DNA of 64,000 bases. Source: Candidatus Latescibacterota bacterium. Its GTDB lineage: Bacteria; Latescibacterota; UBA2968. Under the pieces are notes generated by a model. The model worked only from the letters and a program-made list of their open reading frames with translations, was not told the origin of the DNA and ran no database searches. This document shows positions 63,068 to 64,000 of the stretch, piece by piece. The stretch spans positions 4,800,001 to 4,864,000 of the forward strand of contig OZ244960.1 in NCBI GenBank assembly GCA_965222605.1, read 5' to 3'. The translations under genes and the position numbers were made by a program. Within the stretch, counting starts at the first letter, position 1. Every line of letters starts with the position of its first letter.

Positions 63068-63865
63068 ATGCAGTTTCAACATTACAATCTCGGACACCAA
63101 TCACAAGGTGCTGTTGTTGAAGTAACATTGTCGGGAAATGCCGCCAATGTTCGGCTACTTGATAGCACAAACTTCCAAAATTATCGCTCTGGTCGTACAC
63201 ATCGTTGTATCGGTGGTCTAATTAGACGTTCTCCTGCTCGTTTGACGATTCCACACACAGGAAATTGGCATGTAGTTGTTGACTTCCAAGGCCTGCGAGG
63301 TCAATGCCGTTCTTCGGTTCGTGTAATTCCCCGGACAGCACTGTCTCCACTCCCAGAATATTCATCCTCGTCCTCACTATCACCTCTGGTGAAGGCTGTA
63401 CACCAAGAAAACTCTACCGAGCGTACACTTGAAGGTTCTGGGCAATCTGAACATTATGACGTCTTCATTTGTCACGCTACTGAAGATAAGGACGACATTG
63501 TACGTCCGCTGACCAACGCACTAATTGCAGAGGATCTTAGGGTTTGGTACGACGAATTTGAACTTCGAATAGGTGACAGCCTGCGCCGAAAAATTGATAG
63601 TGGTCTCTCACGGAGCCGATTCGGAGTAGTTATAATTTCACATTCCTTTTTTGCGAAAAACTGGACTCAATACGAATTGGATGGACTCGTGACACGAGAA
63701 ATGACTGGTGAACAGGTAATTCTTCCGATTTGGCACCAAATCAGTAAGAGTGAGGTTATTGAAAAGAGTCCTTCGCTGGCGGACAAAGTCGCTCGCAACA
63801 CTTCGGAATTCACTATCGACGAGATTGCATGCGAAATCGCTGAAGTCACAAGGGCAAGTTTGTAA
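63068..63865 (+). CDS. DUF1883-TIR domain fusion protein
   Basis: N-term VEVTLSGNAANVRLLD..NF..Y..G...IP..G.WHVVVD (DUF1883); C-term YDVFICHATEDKD, VWYDEF, GDSLRRKID, WTQYELDGL (TIR with catalytic Glu). Confidence 0.85.
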   Translation: MQFQHYNLGHQSQGAVVEVTLSGNAANVRLLDSTNFQNYRSGRTHRCIGGLIRRSPARLTIPHTGNWHVVVDFQGLRGQCRSSVRVIPRTALSPLPEYSSSSSLSPLVKAVHQENSTERTLEGSGQSEHYDVFICHATEDKDDIVRPLTNALIAEDLRVWYDEFELRIGDSLRRKIDSGLSRSRFGVVIISHSFFAKNWTQYELDGLVTREMTGEQVILPIWHQISKSEVIEKSPSLADKVARNTSEFTIDEIACEIAEVTRASL

Positions 63866-63886
63866 ATCCTAGCTGGATAATGTCAT

Positions 63887-64000
63887 ATGATGTCCAACCT
63901 TAAACCCTACCCCCACTACAAACCCTCCGGTGTTAAGTGGCTCGGTGATGTGCCTGCCCATTGGGATGTGCAACGGCTTAAGTATCTATTGCAGGAGAGA
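63887..64000 (+). CDS. hsdS: Type I RM specificity subunit, 5' part (runs off the window)
   Basis: MMSNLKPYPHYKPSGVKWLGDVPAHWDVQRLK, a typical HsdS N-terminus. Confidence 0.88.
   Translation, partial: MMSNLKPYPHYKPSGVKWLGDVPAHWDVQRLKYLLQER

Noticed and set aside
63841-63850. TGAAGTCACA match to the IS110 right IR
   Set aside because: Only 10 bp, inside the TIR coding sequence, with no partner; likely chance.

Overview
Bacterial chromosomal window, mostly housekeeping genes interrupted by accessory segments. The LRR lipoprotein, sulfatase, BNR protein and DUF433 toxin-antitoxin genes are compatible with a host-associated marine lineage; this is inference only. Core content: tmRNA, nucleotide-sugar genes, argF, nrnA, ftsEX plus a truncated envC-like gene, surA/PPIases, mfd, tRNA-Asp, a long plant-type ilvC, an RND permease, ahcY-metF, xth-tldD-pmbA-rsmB, sat, tRNA-Lys, moaC/moeA, rne/rng-rplU-rpmA-mdh. 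Accessory parts: (1) a GC-rich block downstream of ssrA; (2) a decayed IS200/IS605 tnpB with an intact right-end hairpin; (3) a defence-like cluster downstream of tRNA-Lys (Type IIG RM, HEPN protein, a duplicated RM 3' end, small ORF plus Clp-fold serine protease); (4) a Type I RM locus whose hsdM-hsdS gap carries an IS110/IS1111 element, a membrane protein, DUF433/PIN genes and a DUF1883-TIR fusion. Strongest novelty candidates: an XRE-HTH fused to a degenerate class III cyclase domain heading the ahcY-metF operon behind a repeated operator-like array; an IS1111-type element whose donor junction and target share 13 bp; RM 3'-end-flanked cassette capture; and an FtsE with a destroyed Walker A next to an EnvC lacking its LytM domain. 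All calls come from reading motifs by eye; no searches were run.
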